Below are positions 11,543 to 21,044 of a stretch of 64,000 bases of DNA, piece by piece (position 1 is the stretch's first letter; every line of letters begins with the position of its first letter). A program made the position numbers and the translations under genes. Source of the stretch: Chloroflexota bacterium (GTDB lineage Bacteria; Chloroflexota; UBA11872; VXOZ01). The stretch lies in contig OZ244798.1 of the NCBI GenBank assembly GCA_965220015.1, positions 1,377,790 to 1,441,789 of the forward strand. The letters run 5' to 3'. The notes beneath the pieces were generated by a model that worked only from the letters and a program-made list of their open reading frames with translations, was not told the origin of the DNA and did no database searches.

Positions 11543-12580
11543 ATGGAAACCATGGCAAACAAGGGCGCGGCAGAGATCGCAGATGCATCGTCGTCGTTTC
11601 CTTTGACCAGTATCGAGGCGCACCTGGCCCTTGAGTTTGTGCGTGTCACTGAAGAAGGCGCCATTGCCGCGGCGCGCACAATGGGTCAGGGAAGTCCCGA
11701 TGGCTCTGACGACGCCGCGGTGAAAGCCATGCGGGCCGCTCTCCAAGAAATTGTGATGGATGGCACTGTCGTCATTGGTGAAGGGGAACGGGACGAAGCG
11801 CCAATGCTCTACATTGGCGAACGACTGGGCAGTAACGGCGGTCCGGCCGTGGATATCGCCGTAGACCCCCTGGAGGGCACCAATCTCGTTGCCAGAGGGT
11901 TGAACAATGCCATTGCCGTAATCGCTGCGAGTGAGCGCGGGGGACTGCTGCACGCGCCGGACATTTATATGGAGAAGCTCATTGTCGGCCCCCCGGCGGC
12001 GGGTAAAGTAAACTTGGACTTCCCGGTGCTGGCTAATCTTCAGATTATCGCCGAGGCCCTGCAACGCCGGGTGCAAGATCTTACCGTTGTGATTCTTGAT
12101 CGCGACCGGCACAAAGAGCTTATTGAAGAGGTCCGGGGCGCCGGGGCACGCATTCGCCTCATTGCCGACGGCGACGTGACGGCGGCGGTGGCCTGCGCCA
12201 TCTCGGGTACCGGCGTGCATGCGGTCATGGGCATCGGCGGCGCGCCGGAAGGGGTCCTGGCCGCGGCGGCGCTGCGTTGTCTCGGCGGCGGTATGGTCGG
12301 CCGCTTTTGGTACCGCAACGACGAGGAACGCGAGCGCGTGCGGTCCATGGGCATAACAGACGCGGACCGTGTATTCAGCATCGAAGAGTTGGCGAGCGGC
12401 GAGCAGGTCGTATTCGTCGCAACTGCGGTCACCGACGGCGACATGCTGCGCGGCGTGCGCTTCTTTGGCGGCGGCGTCCGCACCCACACGCTTGTAATGA
12501 CCGGCCAGCGTCTCCTTGTGCGTTTTGTGGATAGCACGCACATCTTCGATAGTCAGCAGGTCGGTCGAATCCGCATCTAA
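11543..12580 (+). CDS. glpX: Fructose-1,6-bisphosphatase class II (GlpX)
   Basis: LALEFVRVTEEGAIAAAR...DDAAVKAMR...AVDIAVDPLEGTN...IADGDV matches the GlpX family throughout. The track start 11534 is TTG. ATG codons occur at 11543 and 11552, with an AAAGG RBS 9 nt before 11552; the choice between them is uncertain. Confidence 0.9.
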   Translation: METMANKGAAEIADASSSFPLTSIEAHLALEFVRVTEEGAIAAARTMGQGSPDGSDDAAVKAMRAALQEIVMDGTVVIGEGERDEAPMLYIGERLGSNGGPAVDIAVDPLEGTNLVARGLNNAIAVIAASERGGLLHAPDIYMEKLIVGPPAAGKVNLDFPVLANLQIIAEALQRRVQDLTVVILDRDRHKELIEEVRGAGARIRLIADGDVTAAVACAISGTGVHAVMGIGGAPEGVLAAAALRCLGGGMVGRFWYRNDEERERVRSMGITDADRVFSIEELASGEQVVFVATAVTDGDMLRGVRFFGGGVRTHTLVMTGQRLLVRFVDSTHIFDSQQVGRIRI

Positions 12581-12718
12581 GAGGATGTTTGCAAGAGGGT
12601 GGAGGTTAAACGTCATCCGTTCGCCCTGAGCTTGTCGAAGGGGCCGTTCATGGCTCGACAGGGGCTTGACGTCGGCCCCTCACCACGAACGGCTCTTGCA
12701 AGTTCAAGAACATCCTCC
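12581..12718 (+). ncRNA. Candidate structured RNA element (long-range closed stem with internal GC hairpins) immediately 3' of glpX
   Basis: 5' arm GAGGATGTTTGCAAGAG (12581-12597) pairs with 3' arm CTCTTGCAAGTTCAAGAACATCCTC (12694-12718). Internal stems GGGGCCG/CGGCCCC and GCCGTTC/GAACGGC. No ORF. It sits in a 440-bp gap between convergent genes. Confidence 0.3.
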
Positions 12719-12815
12719 AAGACAATACGGAGACTCTGCAGAAATCCTCTTAGTACCTAGTCGCGGTTGAAGCGCGCTTGCGATGTAAGATCGAGCCGCA
12801 CTTACAAGCCGTAGC

Positions 12816-12841
12816 GCGGGGGCTTGTCCCCCGCCTTTTGG
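12816..12841 (+). terminator. Rho-independent terminator (+ strand)
   Basis: GCGGGGG-CTTGT-CCCCCGC perfect 7-bp GC stem followed by CTTTTGG. It is ~260 nt downstream of the glpX stop. Confidence 0.6.
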
Positions 12842-13024
12842 CGCCAAGAGTAGACACGAACTTGGGAAAGGTGCTTCGCAAGGATGCCGATGGCAGATTC
12901 CGGGGCGGCCAAGAACGCACAGTATCGCTAGAGCGCACTTTGCCCGCGTTTGGGAATCCTGCTGCCTTTCAACACTCCTCATGCGCTTGCTGAATTGAAT
13001 GCAGCACCAGCCGGGCCTGACGCT

Positions 13025-13720
13025 CTAGCCGCCGCGTGCCAACACCGCCCCCCAGACCCAGGGGGCGCCGCCCTCTTGCGTGATTTGGCGGGCGCACGTA
13101 ACCAAAGTTGCGCCGGTCGTTGCAACGTCGTCGATGAGCAGCACACCCCCACGGCTGTATGCGCCGGGCCGGGCTGAGAATGCCCCGGCAACATTGCGCA
13201 AACGTTGCGGGCGCGAGAGTCCTACTTGGGGTGGCGTGTCCACTACGCGCGCAATGCCGTCTTTCATAGCAGGCACATGCAACGTTCCACTGACTTCTTG
13301 CGCCAGCAACGTGGCTTGATTGAAGCCGCGGACGGCTTCTCGCTTGGGATGAAGCGGCACCGGTACGACGGCAGCGCAGGGAGGCACTTCTGCTGCGATG
13401 ATGCTCGCGCAGAGCAACTTGCCTAAGTCTTGGGCTAAACTGGTGCGGCTCTGATACTTGAAACCATGGATCGCTTTACGGAGAGGGCCGGCATATGAAC
13501 CAACCACCACGATGCCGCGGAGCCTTGGATACTTTATGCGGCACTGACGGCAAAGCGTGTATGGCTTGGCCAGGGCGGCGTCGCAGAGCGGACAACGGAG
13601 GCTCGGTAGGATAGTGAACCCATTGATGCACGAACCACATAGGTTTTCGCCTAGCGCGCGACAGCTTACACAGCGCTGCGGGAGCACGAGGTCGAGCACA
13701 TGGTGCAGCAGTTTCTGCAC
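13025..13720 (-). CDS. comFC: ComF-family protein (phosphoribosyltransferase-domain, ComFC-like)
   Basis: N-terminal Cys-rich zinc-finger-like region (PQRCVSC...CGSC...CPLC...CRQC) and C-terminal PRTase motif VLLIDDVATTGATL. GTG start 3 nt downstream of the clpC stop. Confidence 0.75.
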   Translation of the reverse strand: MQKLLHHVLDLVLPQRCVSCRALGENLCGSCINGFTILPSLRCPLCDAALAKPYTLCRQCRIKYPRLRGIVVVGSYAGPLRKAIHGFKYQSRTSLAQDLGKLLCASIIAAEVPPCAAVVPVPLHPKREAVRGFNQATLLAQEVSGTLHVPAMKDGIARVVDTPPQVGLSRPQRLRNVAGAFSARPGAYSRGGVLLIDDVATTGATLVTCARQITQEGGAPWVWGAVLARGG

Positions 13721-13723
13721 AGG

Positions 13724-16177
13724 TCAACCGATCGGTACCTCAGCCGGTTGAATTTCAACCGAGTCCCCGTCCGCGTTGAGGGTGACGAGCCAGTGGGTTT
13801 GGGGCCCATCCTGTAGGCGGAGGTCCGTGAGAGGATCTTCGAGCAGTGTCGTGATGAGGCGGCGCAGCGGCCGCGCGCCCTGCGCGGCGCCGCAGCGCTT
13901 GGCCAGATGCTCGATCACGGATCCGTCAACTGCTACGGTCACACCTTCACTGGCTAGATGCGACACACACTTTTCGACGAGGCGTTTGGCAATATTGTGA
14001 ATATCCTCCTCGTTCAGGGGATGAAATGCGCAAACGGTGTCCAGTCGGTTAAGAAACTCCGGTCGGAGATTGCGTTCCAGCGCCTTCAGCGCAGCTCTCT
14101 TTATGCGCGCGTAGTCGACTACCTCACTCTCCGCAGTGAAGCCGATTCCCGCTCGATTAGGATCATCCTCGAAGAAGTTGCAAGTGAAAATCAAAATGGT
14201 GTTGCGGAAACTCACCACGCGGCCTTGGCCGTCCGTGAGTTGACCGTGGTCGAGAATCTGCAAGAGGGCATCGAGGACAGCGGGATGGGCTTTATCGATG
14301 TCATCGAGCAGAATGACCGCATAGGCACGGCGCCGCACTGCCTCTGTGAGCTGCCCTGCTTCATCGTAGCCCACAAAGCCGGGCGGCGATCCGATCAGGC
14401 GCGAAACCGTGTGGTACTCATCGTACTCAGACATATCAATGCGCACCATCTGCTGCTCGTCGCCCAGCATGAATTCCGCTATGGCCTTTGCCAGTTCGGT
14501 CTTGCCTACGCCCGTGCTGCCGATGAAGAAGAATGAGCCAATGGGGCGCAAGGGGTCCTTGACGCCAGCCAGCGCACGGCGCAGGGCCTGGGCAACTTCG
14601 CGGGCGGGCTCCGGCTGGCCGACGATGCGCCGCGCTACCTCTGATTCCATCTTGAGCAGTCGCTGGGCCTCGTTCGTGTCGACTGTGCTGCTGGGAATGC
14701 CAGTCCACTGCGCGATGATGGCTGCAATGTCTCTTTCTACGATCTCAGCATCTTGCTCTGCGAGCCTCTGGCGCCAGCCGGTCTCCAACTCGCGCAATTG
14801 CATGTGAATGTCTTCTATCTCGCTGTTAACGCGCGTGATCCAGTCATAATTTCCTTCTTCCCGGGCCTCTTTCGCCTCTTTCTGGAGCAATTCCAACCTA
14901 TGCTTGAGCTTGCGCATTTCGGCTGGCGCCGTGAGGCGCGACACCTTGGTGCGCGCAGCGGCTTCATCTATCAGGTCGATCGACTTATCGGGGAAGAACC
15001 GGCCGGGAAGATAGCGTTGGGCGAGTCGCACCGAACTCACCAGCGCTTCATCAGTGATGGTCACCCCGTGAAATGTCTCGTAGACACTCCGTATTCCCGC
15101 TAGGATCGCAATGGTCTCCTCGAAGGCGGGCTCTTCAACGGGAATTGGTTGAAAGCGGCGCACGAGTGTACCGTCTCGCTCGATGTAGCGGCGGTATTCA
15201 TCCCAAGTTGTCGCGCCGATCAAGCGCAATTCGCCGCGCGCAAGCGGCGGCTTGAGCATATTGGCCGCGTCCATCGCGCCGGCGGCGGCGCCGGCGCCCA
15301 GGATCATGTGCACTTCATCGACAAAGAGGATTAGATTGTCGATTCCCTTTACTTCCTCGAGGAGTCGCTTGATTCGCTCCTCAAACTCGCCGCGGAACTT
15401 GGTGCCCGCGATAAGTCCGGCGAGGTCAAGTTGCACGACCCGCAAGTCGTGCATCACTGACGCGGCTTCCTTGGAAACAATGCGCTCTGCGAGGCCCTCG
15501 ACTACGGCGGTCTTGCCGACACCGGCCGGGCCCACGAGCACCGGGTTGTTCTTGCGGCGGCGCAAGAGGACCTCGCACATCCGCTCGGTTTCTTTTTCAC
15601 GCCCTATTACGGGGTCCAGCTCATCTTCGCGCGCCAGTTTGGTGAGGTCGCGGCCATACTGCTCCAAGAGAGAGGTCTTTTCTTCGCGCCGCGAACGCTC
15701 ACGAGTGCGCTGCCGCCCGACCTCCGGGCTCTTCCGCGACCAGCGATTGGCCATACGGCGCATCACGTCTGTCTGCACGCCGAGCCGGTTGGTGAGCACG
15801 TGGGAGGCAAGACCCTCTTCTTCGCGGAGGAGACCGAGCAGTAGATGCTCGGTGCCGATGTATTCAGTCGAGAGTTCGCGGGACTCTTGATCGGCAAGTT
15901 CCAGCACGCGCAGACCGCCTGCCGAAAGCCGGGGACTGGCGAAAGATTCGCGGTTTTGGCCGAAGTCAATAGCCGCGACAATTTCACGCACAATTACGTG
16001 AAGGTCGAGGCCAAGCTCACGCAGGAGACGCGCTGCCAGGCACTCAGGCAATGCAACGAGCGCAAGAAGAATGTGTTCCGGCCGGATTTGCTCGTGCTGA
16101 AAGAACAGCGCCTCGTTGCGCGCAAGGGTAATGGCCTGCTTGCCCTTGTCGGTGAGACGGTCGACAATATCCGCCAC
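13724..16177 (-). CDS. clpC: ATP-dependent Clp protease ATP-binding subunit ClpC
   Basis: Two Clp_N repeats at the N-terminus, then AAA-1 ([12 protein letters not shown]) and AAA-2 ([16 protein letters not shown]) with [11 protein letters not shown]; 817 aa. GTG start preceded by GGAG. Confidence 0.93.
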   Translation of the reverse strand: MADIVDRLTDKGKQAITLARNEALFFQHEQIRPEHILLALVALPECLAARLLRELGLDLHVIVREIVAAIDFGQNRESFASPRLSAGGLRVLELADQESRELSTEYIGTEHLLLGLLREEEGLASHVLTNRLGVQTDVMRRMANRWSRKSPEVGRQRTRERSRREEKTSLLEQYGRDLTKLAREDELDPVIGREKETERMCEVLLRRRKNNPVLVGPAGVGKTAVVEGLAERIVSKEAASVMHDLRVVQLDLAGLIAGTKFRGEFEERIKRLLEEVKGIDNLILFVDEVHMILGAGAAAGAMDAANMLKPPLARGELRLIGATTWDEYRRYIERDGTLVRRFQPIPVEEPAFEETIAILAGIRSVYETFHGVTITDEALVSSVRLAQRYLPGRFFPDKSIDLIDEAAARTKVSRLTAPAEMRKLKHRLELLQKEAKEAREEGNYDWITRVNSEIEDIHMQLRELETGWRQRLAEQDAEIVERDIAAIIAQWTGIPSSTVDTNEAQRLLKMESEVARRIVGQPEPAREVAQALRRALAGVKDPLRPIGSFFFIGSTGVGKTELAKAIAEFMLGDEQQMVRIDMSEYDEYHTVSRLIGSPPGFVGYDEAGQLTEAVRRRAYAVILLDDIDKAHPAVLDALLQILDHGQLTDGQGRVVSFRNTILIFTCNFFEDDPNRAGIGFTAESEVVDYARIKRAALKALERNLRPEFLNRLDTVCAFHPLNEEDIHNIAKRLVEKCVSHLASEGVTVAVDGSVIEHLAKRCGAAQGARPLRRLITTLLEDPLTDLRLQDGPQTHWLVTLNADGDSVEIQPAEVPIG

Positions 16178-16281
16178 GGGGCCGCATCTCCAGGAAGGAA
16201 GAGTCCGTGTCTTGCTCTGGTGGCATTATACCATGCGGCTTGCAGTGCCACGCTGGCGGCGCACCACGTGATGCAGCTTGG

Positions 16282-16752
16282 CTATGTGCCGTTCTGTGGG
16301 CCGTTAATCGTGTTCTCACGGATCCGATCTTCGACCATGCGGCGCACTTCTCTTAACTGTACGCCGAAGCGTTTCGCAAGCACTTCGGACGCCAAACTCC
16401 TCTCCCCAAGCAGGCCGAGGAGTAGGTGCTCAGTACCTACCTGCTTGGCGGAGAGTGCTCGTGCATCTGCTTCGGCAATTTCAATTACGCGTATGCTTGC
16501 AGCAGAGAGCGATGGATTGGTAGAGCTCTTTCTACGTGGGCCAAACCCGCTGGCAGCAACGATCTCTCGAACAACCAGGTGCAGGTTAAGTCCATAATCC
16601 AGAAGCAGGTGGAAGGCGCCGCACTGGCGAATGCCAACAAGTGCGAGCAGTATATGCTCAGGCAGCACCTGCTCCCGGTCAAAGAAGCGCGCCTCATTGC
16701 GTGAGAGGGCGAGCGCCAGCTTGCCCATGTCGGTTAGGCGAGTGCTGTCCAC
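16282..16752 (-). CDS. Stand-alone Clp N-terminal (Clp_N repeat) domain protein
   Basis: 156 aa. [38 protein letters not shown]... and ...[17 protein letters not shown] are the two Clp_N repeats, paralogous to the ClpC N-terminus ([23 protein letters not shown]...). No ATPase domain. It lies directly upstream of clpC on the same strand. Confidence 0.75.
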   Translation of the reverse strand: MDSTRLTDMGKLALALSRNEARFFDREQVLPEHILLALVGIRQCGAFHLLLDYGLNLHLVVREIVAASGFGPRRKSSTNPSLSAASIRVIEIAEADARALSAKQVGTEHLLLGLLGERSLASEVLAKRFGVQLREVRRMVEDRIRENTINGPQNGT

Positions 16753-16831
16753 GGTCGGAACACACTTGCGACCTGTCAGTATTGGTTCTTACCCTCGGTG
16801 CGGATCGCGACAGGACATTGCGCCGCAACTG

Positions 16832-18349
16832 CTATGCGGAATCGAGACCATCTTCCCAATCGCGCACGACCTGGAAGAGGAGTCGCGCGCCGAATCCGCT
16901 GCTTCCCTTCGGTATATAGGGACGGTCCATGTCGGTGTAGTCCACGCCCGCGATGTCCAGGTGCACCCAGGGCTTTTCGTCGACGAACTTCTTGAGCAGC
17001 GCTGCGCCGGTTATGCTGCCCCCGGCGCGACCGCCGGTGTTCTTTACGTCGGCAATGTCACTTTTGACTTGCTCTTCGAACTCAGGCCACAGCGGCAATT
17101 CCCAGACACGCTCGCCGGTTAGCTCTCCCGCTGACGCAACCTTGGCCGCGAGTCCGGCATGATTCGTCATCATTCCCGCCGCATGCTGACCCAGAGCAAT
17201 AATCACGGCGCCGGTTAGGGTCGCCATGTCTATGATGGCCGAGGGGTTGTAGCGCTGCGCGTAGGACAACGCGTCCGCAAGGACGAGCCTGCCCTCGGCG
17301 TCGGTATTGTCTATCTCGATAGTCTTCCCATTGGCGGCGCGCAGGACGTCGCCGGGCTTGAACGCATTGGCGCCAGGCATGTTTTCCGAGGCAGGCACCA
17401 GCCCGATGACGCGAACGCCAGGCTTGAAGTGGCCGACCAGGCGCATCGCGCCGATGACGCCGGCGCCGCCGGCCATGTCAGATTCCATATGGCGCATAGA
17501 ATCTCCGGGTTTGAGATTCAAGCCGCCGGTGTCAAACGTGATGCCTTTGCCGACGAGAACGATGGTTTGATCGGAGGTCTCGGCGGGCGTGTAGTCGAGG
17601 ACGATGAAGCGGCAGGGCTGGGCGCTGCCGCGTGAAACTCCCAAAATGACGTTCATGTTCTCGGCAGCAATCTCTTCCGGCCCCAGTATGGTGCAGTGCA
17701 GGCCGAATTCTTGCGCCATCGCGCTGGCGGCTTCGGCGAGGGCAGCCGGTGGGAGGTCGCTCCCAGGGGTAGTGGAAAGGTCGCGTACGAGATTTTGACT
17801 CTCGCCAATTACGCTGCCTTCGCTGACGCCCGTGGCTACCGCGGCGAATTTGGCGGCGTCGGCTTCAACGAAGGCGACTGAGTCAAGCTCTTTCCCACTG
17901 TCGTCGGACGAGTAGCGCAGGTAGCGGTAAAGACCCAAGACCGTGCCTTCAGCGGCAGCGCGGGCAGCGTCGGTCGGATCAAGCCCGCCAATACCGCCGC
18001 CGTGCACGATACTGGCCATGCATTTCGCCCCTAGGTCGCGCGCGGTGCGCGCTGCCTTGGCAGCTACTTGCCGGACGCGTTCCAGCGTGAACTCGTCCTG
18101 CTTGCCTAAGCCAATGAGGAGAACGCGCCGCGCAGGAATTGCCCCATGTGTATAGAGATAGAGGGTCTCATGCAGCTTGCCCTCGAAATCGCCGGCGGCA
18201 ATGACTGCGCTGATCTGACCGTCCAGCGCACGGTCTACGGCGCCGGTGGCGCCGTCCGGTGCGGTCACACCCTCAAAGAGGTTTGCGACCACGAGGTCTA
18301 CATCCTGCTCCAGAATATTACCTTGGGCTGCCAAGACGTTCACAGACAT
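16832..18349 (-). CDS. pepA: Leucyl aminopeptidase (M17 family)
   Basis: NTDAEGRLVLADAL signature plus the VGKGITFDTGG and MKGDMAGGA-like motifs. The start may be the GTG 6 nt downstream of the annotated ATG, because GGAG abuts the ATG. Confidence 0.9.
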   Translation of the reverse strand: MSVNVLAAQGNILEQDVDLVVANLFEGVTAPDGATGAVDRALDGQISAVIAAGDFEGKLHETLYLYTHGAIPARRVLLIGLGKQDEFTLERVRQVAAKAARTARDLGAKCMASIVHGGGIGGLDPTDAARAAAEGTVLGLYRYLRYSSDDSGKELDSVAFVEADAAKFAAVATGVSEGSVIGESQNLVRDLSTTPGSDLPPAALAEAASAMAQEFGLHCTILGPEEIAAENMNVILGVSRGSAQPCRFIVLDYTPAETSDQTIVLVGKGITFDTGGLNLKPGDSMRHMESDMAGGAGVIGAMRLVGHFKPGVRVIGLVPASENMPGANAFKPGDVLRAANGKTIEIDNTDAEGRLVLADALSYAQRYNPSAIIDMATLTGAVIIALGQHAAGMMTNHAGLAAKVASAGELTGERVWELPLWPEFEEQVKSDIADVKNTGGRAGGSITGAALLKKFVDEKPWVHLDIAGVDYTDMDRPYIPKGSSGFGARLLFQVVRDWEDGLDSA

Positions 18350-18470
18350 CTCCTGTTCTGGTTAGGTGTGGCTGTCGCTTGAAAGAACATAATTGTGTGT
18401 TTCGCTTGCGGAGGCTCCCCGTGGATGCAGGCGAATTCCGAAATAGTGTGAGTGCTTTCCTGGTGTGCCG

Positions 18471-19634
18471 CTACGGGTTGAAGCGCAGCAGAATGCGGCT
18501 CACGTGCCCCTCGCGGCCAAAGCTGTTCACGCCTTTTGCCATGATCTGATTCTTGCCCGGGCGCAAGCGCCAGATGAATTCCGCCGGAGTCTCCCGCCAC
18601 TCTTCACCGTCGAGACGCACAAGCAGCTTGTCGAGGTTGGGCATGCTGTCTTCAAGCGCAACCTTTAACATAGCTTTGCCCCGTTCCCAAGCTGCCGGGT
18701 CCGCCTTGAGGTTGATCTGCACTTGATCGACGGACCAGTAGAGATCATGGACATCGCTGGTGAAATGACTGCCATTCACCCGGTTGTAGGCGATGAGGCG
18801 CGGCGGTGTCCAGGCGTCGACCCACTCCAAGGAACCTGCGCCCCGGTTCGAGGAGTGCTGGGTGTTGTGCAAAGGGAGTACGACGTGGGTGTAGTAGTCG
18901 CCGACATTATGCCAGCCAAAAATCTGAAACTCGGCATCCTGGTTGTCCTGGTTCAAGAATGTGGTGGCTGCACCCGAATCCGCCTTTTCCGTCACGCGGA
19001 AAGGAGTAGGCCCTGTGACCATGTTCACATCATCCCAGCGCCGCGTGACCCATGCCTTGTGAATCTCTAGGACGCTGAGCGGGATACTTTCGCGCTCGTA
19101 ATGCACGTTCAGGTCGGGATCGAGCAGGATCCATTTGTGATACTCGTGCGACCAGAACTCGATGATGGAGTGACCGATGTTGCCCTCGTCAGCAGACATC
19201 CACTCGCTTTCCGATTTGCAGATGCTAAAACTGCGCGCAACAAACCCTAGCGACAAGAGGCATTGCATCAGGGTTATCGCAAAGTAGCCGCAGTTGAAGT
19301 CCTTGCCCTGTTCCACGGCGGCCAGAATCTCCAGCGCATTGCGTGGCTCGGGCACGCGGGTCCAACCGTGCTTCCAGCGTGTGTGCACCCATTCGCGCAG
19401 CAGGAGCACCTGGTCGAACTCCGACTGCCCGGAGGCGATCACGTCATCGAGTCGATAGCGCTGGCGCAGTTCCGTCAGCATAGCGTCAGGCGCTTGGTAG
19501 CGGTATGGAAACGCACTGCGCACGATGCGTTCGTTCTGGCATTCGATGATACGCAACTCCGGCGCTATCGCCTCTTCTCGCGCTGAGTCGGCTTGTAGCT
19601 CTTCAAGTGTCAACGAGTCTATGGTAGTTGCCAT
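18471..19634 (-). CDS. Transglutaminase-like superfamily protein (Cys-His-Asp)
   Basis: GKDFNCGYFAITLMQCLLSLGFVARS (catalytic Cys) and GHSIIEFWSHEYHKWILLDPD (His/Asp) match the transglutaminase-like core. Confidence 0.65.
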   Translation of the reverse strand: MATTIDSLTLEELQADSAREEAIAPELRIIECQNERIVRSAFPYRYQAPDAMLTELRQRYRLDDVIASGQSEFDQVLLLREWVHTRWKHGWTRVPEPRNALEILAAVEQGKDFNCGYFAITLMQCLLSLGFVARSFSICKSESEWMSADEGNIGHSIIEFWSHEYHKWILLDPDLNVHYERESIPLSVLEIHKAWVTRRWDDVNMVTGPTPFRVTEKADSGAATTFLNQDNQDAEFQIFGWHNVGDYYTHVVLPLHNTQHSSNRGAGSLEWVDAWTPPRLIAYNRVNGSHFTSDVHDLYWSVDQVQINLKADPAAWERGKAMLKVALEDSMPNLDKLLVRLDGEEWRETPAEFIWRLRPGKNQIMAKGVNSFGREGHVSRILLRFNP

Positions 19635-19661
19635 AGGAATTGCCTCCCCTATAGAACTCTT

Positions 19662-20576
19662 CTACGCAGGCAGCGTTGCATTGGCTAGTGGCAGCGCCTC
19701 TTCAAGCGCTCCGCGAATCGTGGGGAACGAGGCCGGTACGAGCTCCAGGCCCTCGCGCTCGGTGGCCTTTTGAATGTACTCCAGCACGTAATCGAGGTTT
19801 GGAATATTGACTTTCTCAGAGTTGTGCGTAGCGCCGATAATGGCCCGCACCGGTGTTTGGATGAGACCGGAAAGCTCGATATTCCAATCGATGATCGTGC
19901 GGTAGAGCTCTCTTGACTCCTCACTGACCGGCTCTTCCGAGCGGAGGTCACGCGGGCGCGCCCAGCGGCCGCCGGTCATTTCGCCGCTGCACGAAATGAC
20001 GCAGATCGGCAGCGCGCCGCCCAGAACATGATGTTGCGAGCTGCCCCAATGGGGATAGGGGTAGTCGCCTTCCGTGCAGCGGTCCGGCCGGTCCGGGAAG
20101 TAGCGCCCCGGCGCTGGGGCAATATACTGCCGGTAGCCCGCTTCATACAGCAGGCGCAGCGTTACAGGGCTCTTTGACCCGCAGCAGGCACAGTATGTGT
20201 CAGTCCTAAAGCCCAACGCGGTCTCGAAGTCCTCAGTAGCCTCGGCAATGATTTGGCGCTGCGTGGCTTCGTCGTATTCTCCGAGGTCATTCTCGTACTT
20301 GGGAAAGCGAAAGCCGGGGACATTGGGCTGGATGCCCATGTTCACGCCTTCGCCGGCCCACTCTCGCATCATGCCGGCGTGGGCCTTGGCTGCTTCAGGA
20401 GTGAGGTTGAAGGTGACGGCAGGCAGCAGACCATGCGACTCGAAGGATTGCCGGATGTTGCGCACGGTTCGCTCGCTCACTTCCCATGACCCCGGCCCGC
20501 CACAGCGAGGAGACTTAGCCGCCAGCGGCTCGCAGTCCACAAAGTAGGCAAAGTAGATATTATTCGAATCACCCAT
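19662..20576 (-). CDS. Hypothetical protein (no family recognised)
   Basis: 304-aa ORF with coding-like composition, 27 nt upstream of the transglutaminase-like gene on the same strand. Confidence 0.5.
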   Translation of the reverse strand: MGDSNNIYFAYFVDCEPLAAKSPRCGGPGSWEVSERTVRNIRQSFESHGLLPAVTFNLTPEAAKAHAGMMREWAGEGVNMGIQPNVPGFRFPKYENDLGEYDEATQRQIIAEATEDFETALGFRTDTYCACCGSKSPVTLRLLYEAGYRQYIAPAPGRYFPDRPDRCTEGDYPYPHWGSSQHHVLGGALPICVISCSGEMTGGRWARPRDLRSEEPVSEESRELYRTIIDWNIELSGLIQTPVRAIIGATHNSEKVNIPNLDYVLEYIQKATEREGLELVPASFPTIRGALEEALPLANATLPA

Positions 20577-20968
20577 AACGTGCTCCTTAATCGGAAATGA
20601 TAAGCCCTCTGGCGCGCTAGTCTCAGGCTAAGTGCCTCTTCTACTGGCTTGGTTTGCCAATGCGATTATATACCGATGCGAGTCTATTGAAAATGATGGC
20701 GGATGTGCGACGGCCGAGCTGCGCTGTCGCACATGCTGATTCGCTCTCTTGGAGTCCTTGACGACGAAGCAGGGGGATCGGGGGCCAGGTTGAACTATCT
20801 GGGGTCATTGTTCTCGTTGTGATGAGGGCAGGTACATTGGCGGCGTAGAAAGCACAGAGTCTTTGAATCTCAGAAATGAGTAGCGATGCAAGTGTGAAAA
20901 GTCGGCTTGGCGCTGACGGCATGTGCCCTGCCGGGGTGTTAGCGTCTCACACCAATTCTATAAACAGA

Positions 20969-20996
20969 GTAGGGGCACGACATGTCGTGCCCCTAC
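20969..20996. repeat. Perfect 28-bp palindrome GTAGGGGCACGACATGTCGTGCCCCTAC (copy 1); hairpin/terminator-like repeat element
   Basis: Exact reverse-complement symmetry. An identical copy lies at 26887-26914, and both are followed by the CTCATT flank. Copy 1 lies 3' of the minus-strand SBP gene. Confidence 0.7.
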
Positions 20997-21044
20997 TCAT
21001 TCTCCAATCAAGGAGATCAGATTCGCCAAAGCGAAGGTTCGGGC

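Noticed and set aside
11483-12616. Long antisense ORFs opposite confirmed genes, listed here as a group: 377 aa opposite glpX, 4729..5439 opposite moxR, 7541..8185, 23513..24358, 46252..47232, and 49735..50547 opposite ppc
   Set aside because: High-GC genomes generate long stop-free antisense frames. These have Arg/Ala/Pro-rich low-complexity translations and no motifs, and they overlap genes with clear homology on the other strand.
16178-16281. CtsR (GGTCAAA repeats), HrcA CIRCE or other heat-shock operator upstream of clpC
   Set aside because: No GGTCAAA direct repeat or TTAGCACTC-N9-GAGTGCTAA inverted repeat is present in the clpC leader.
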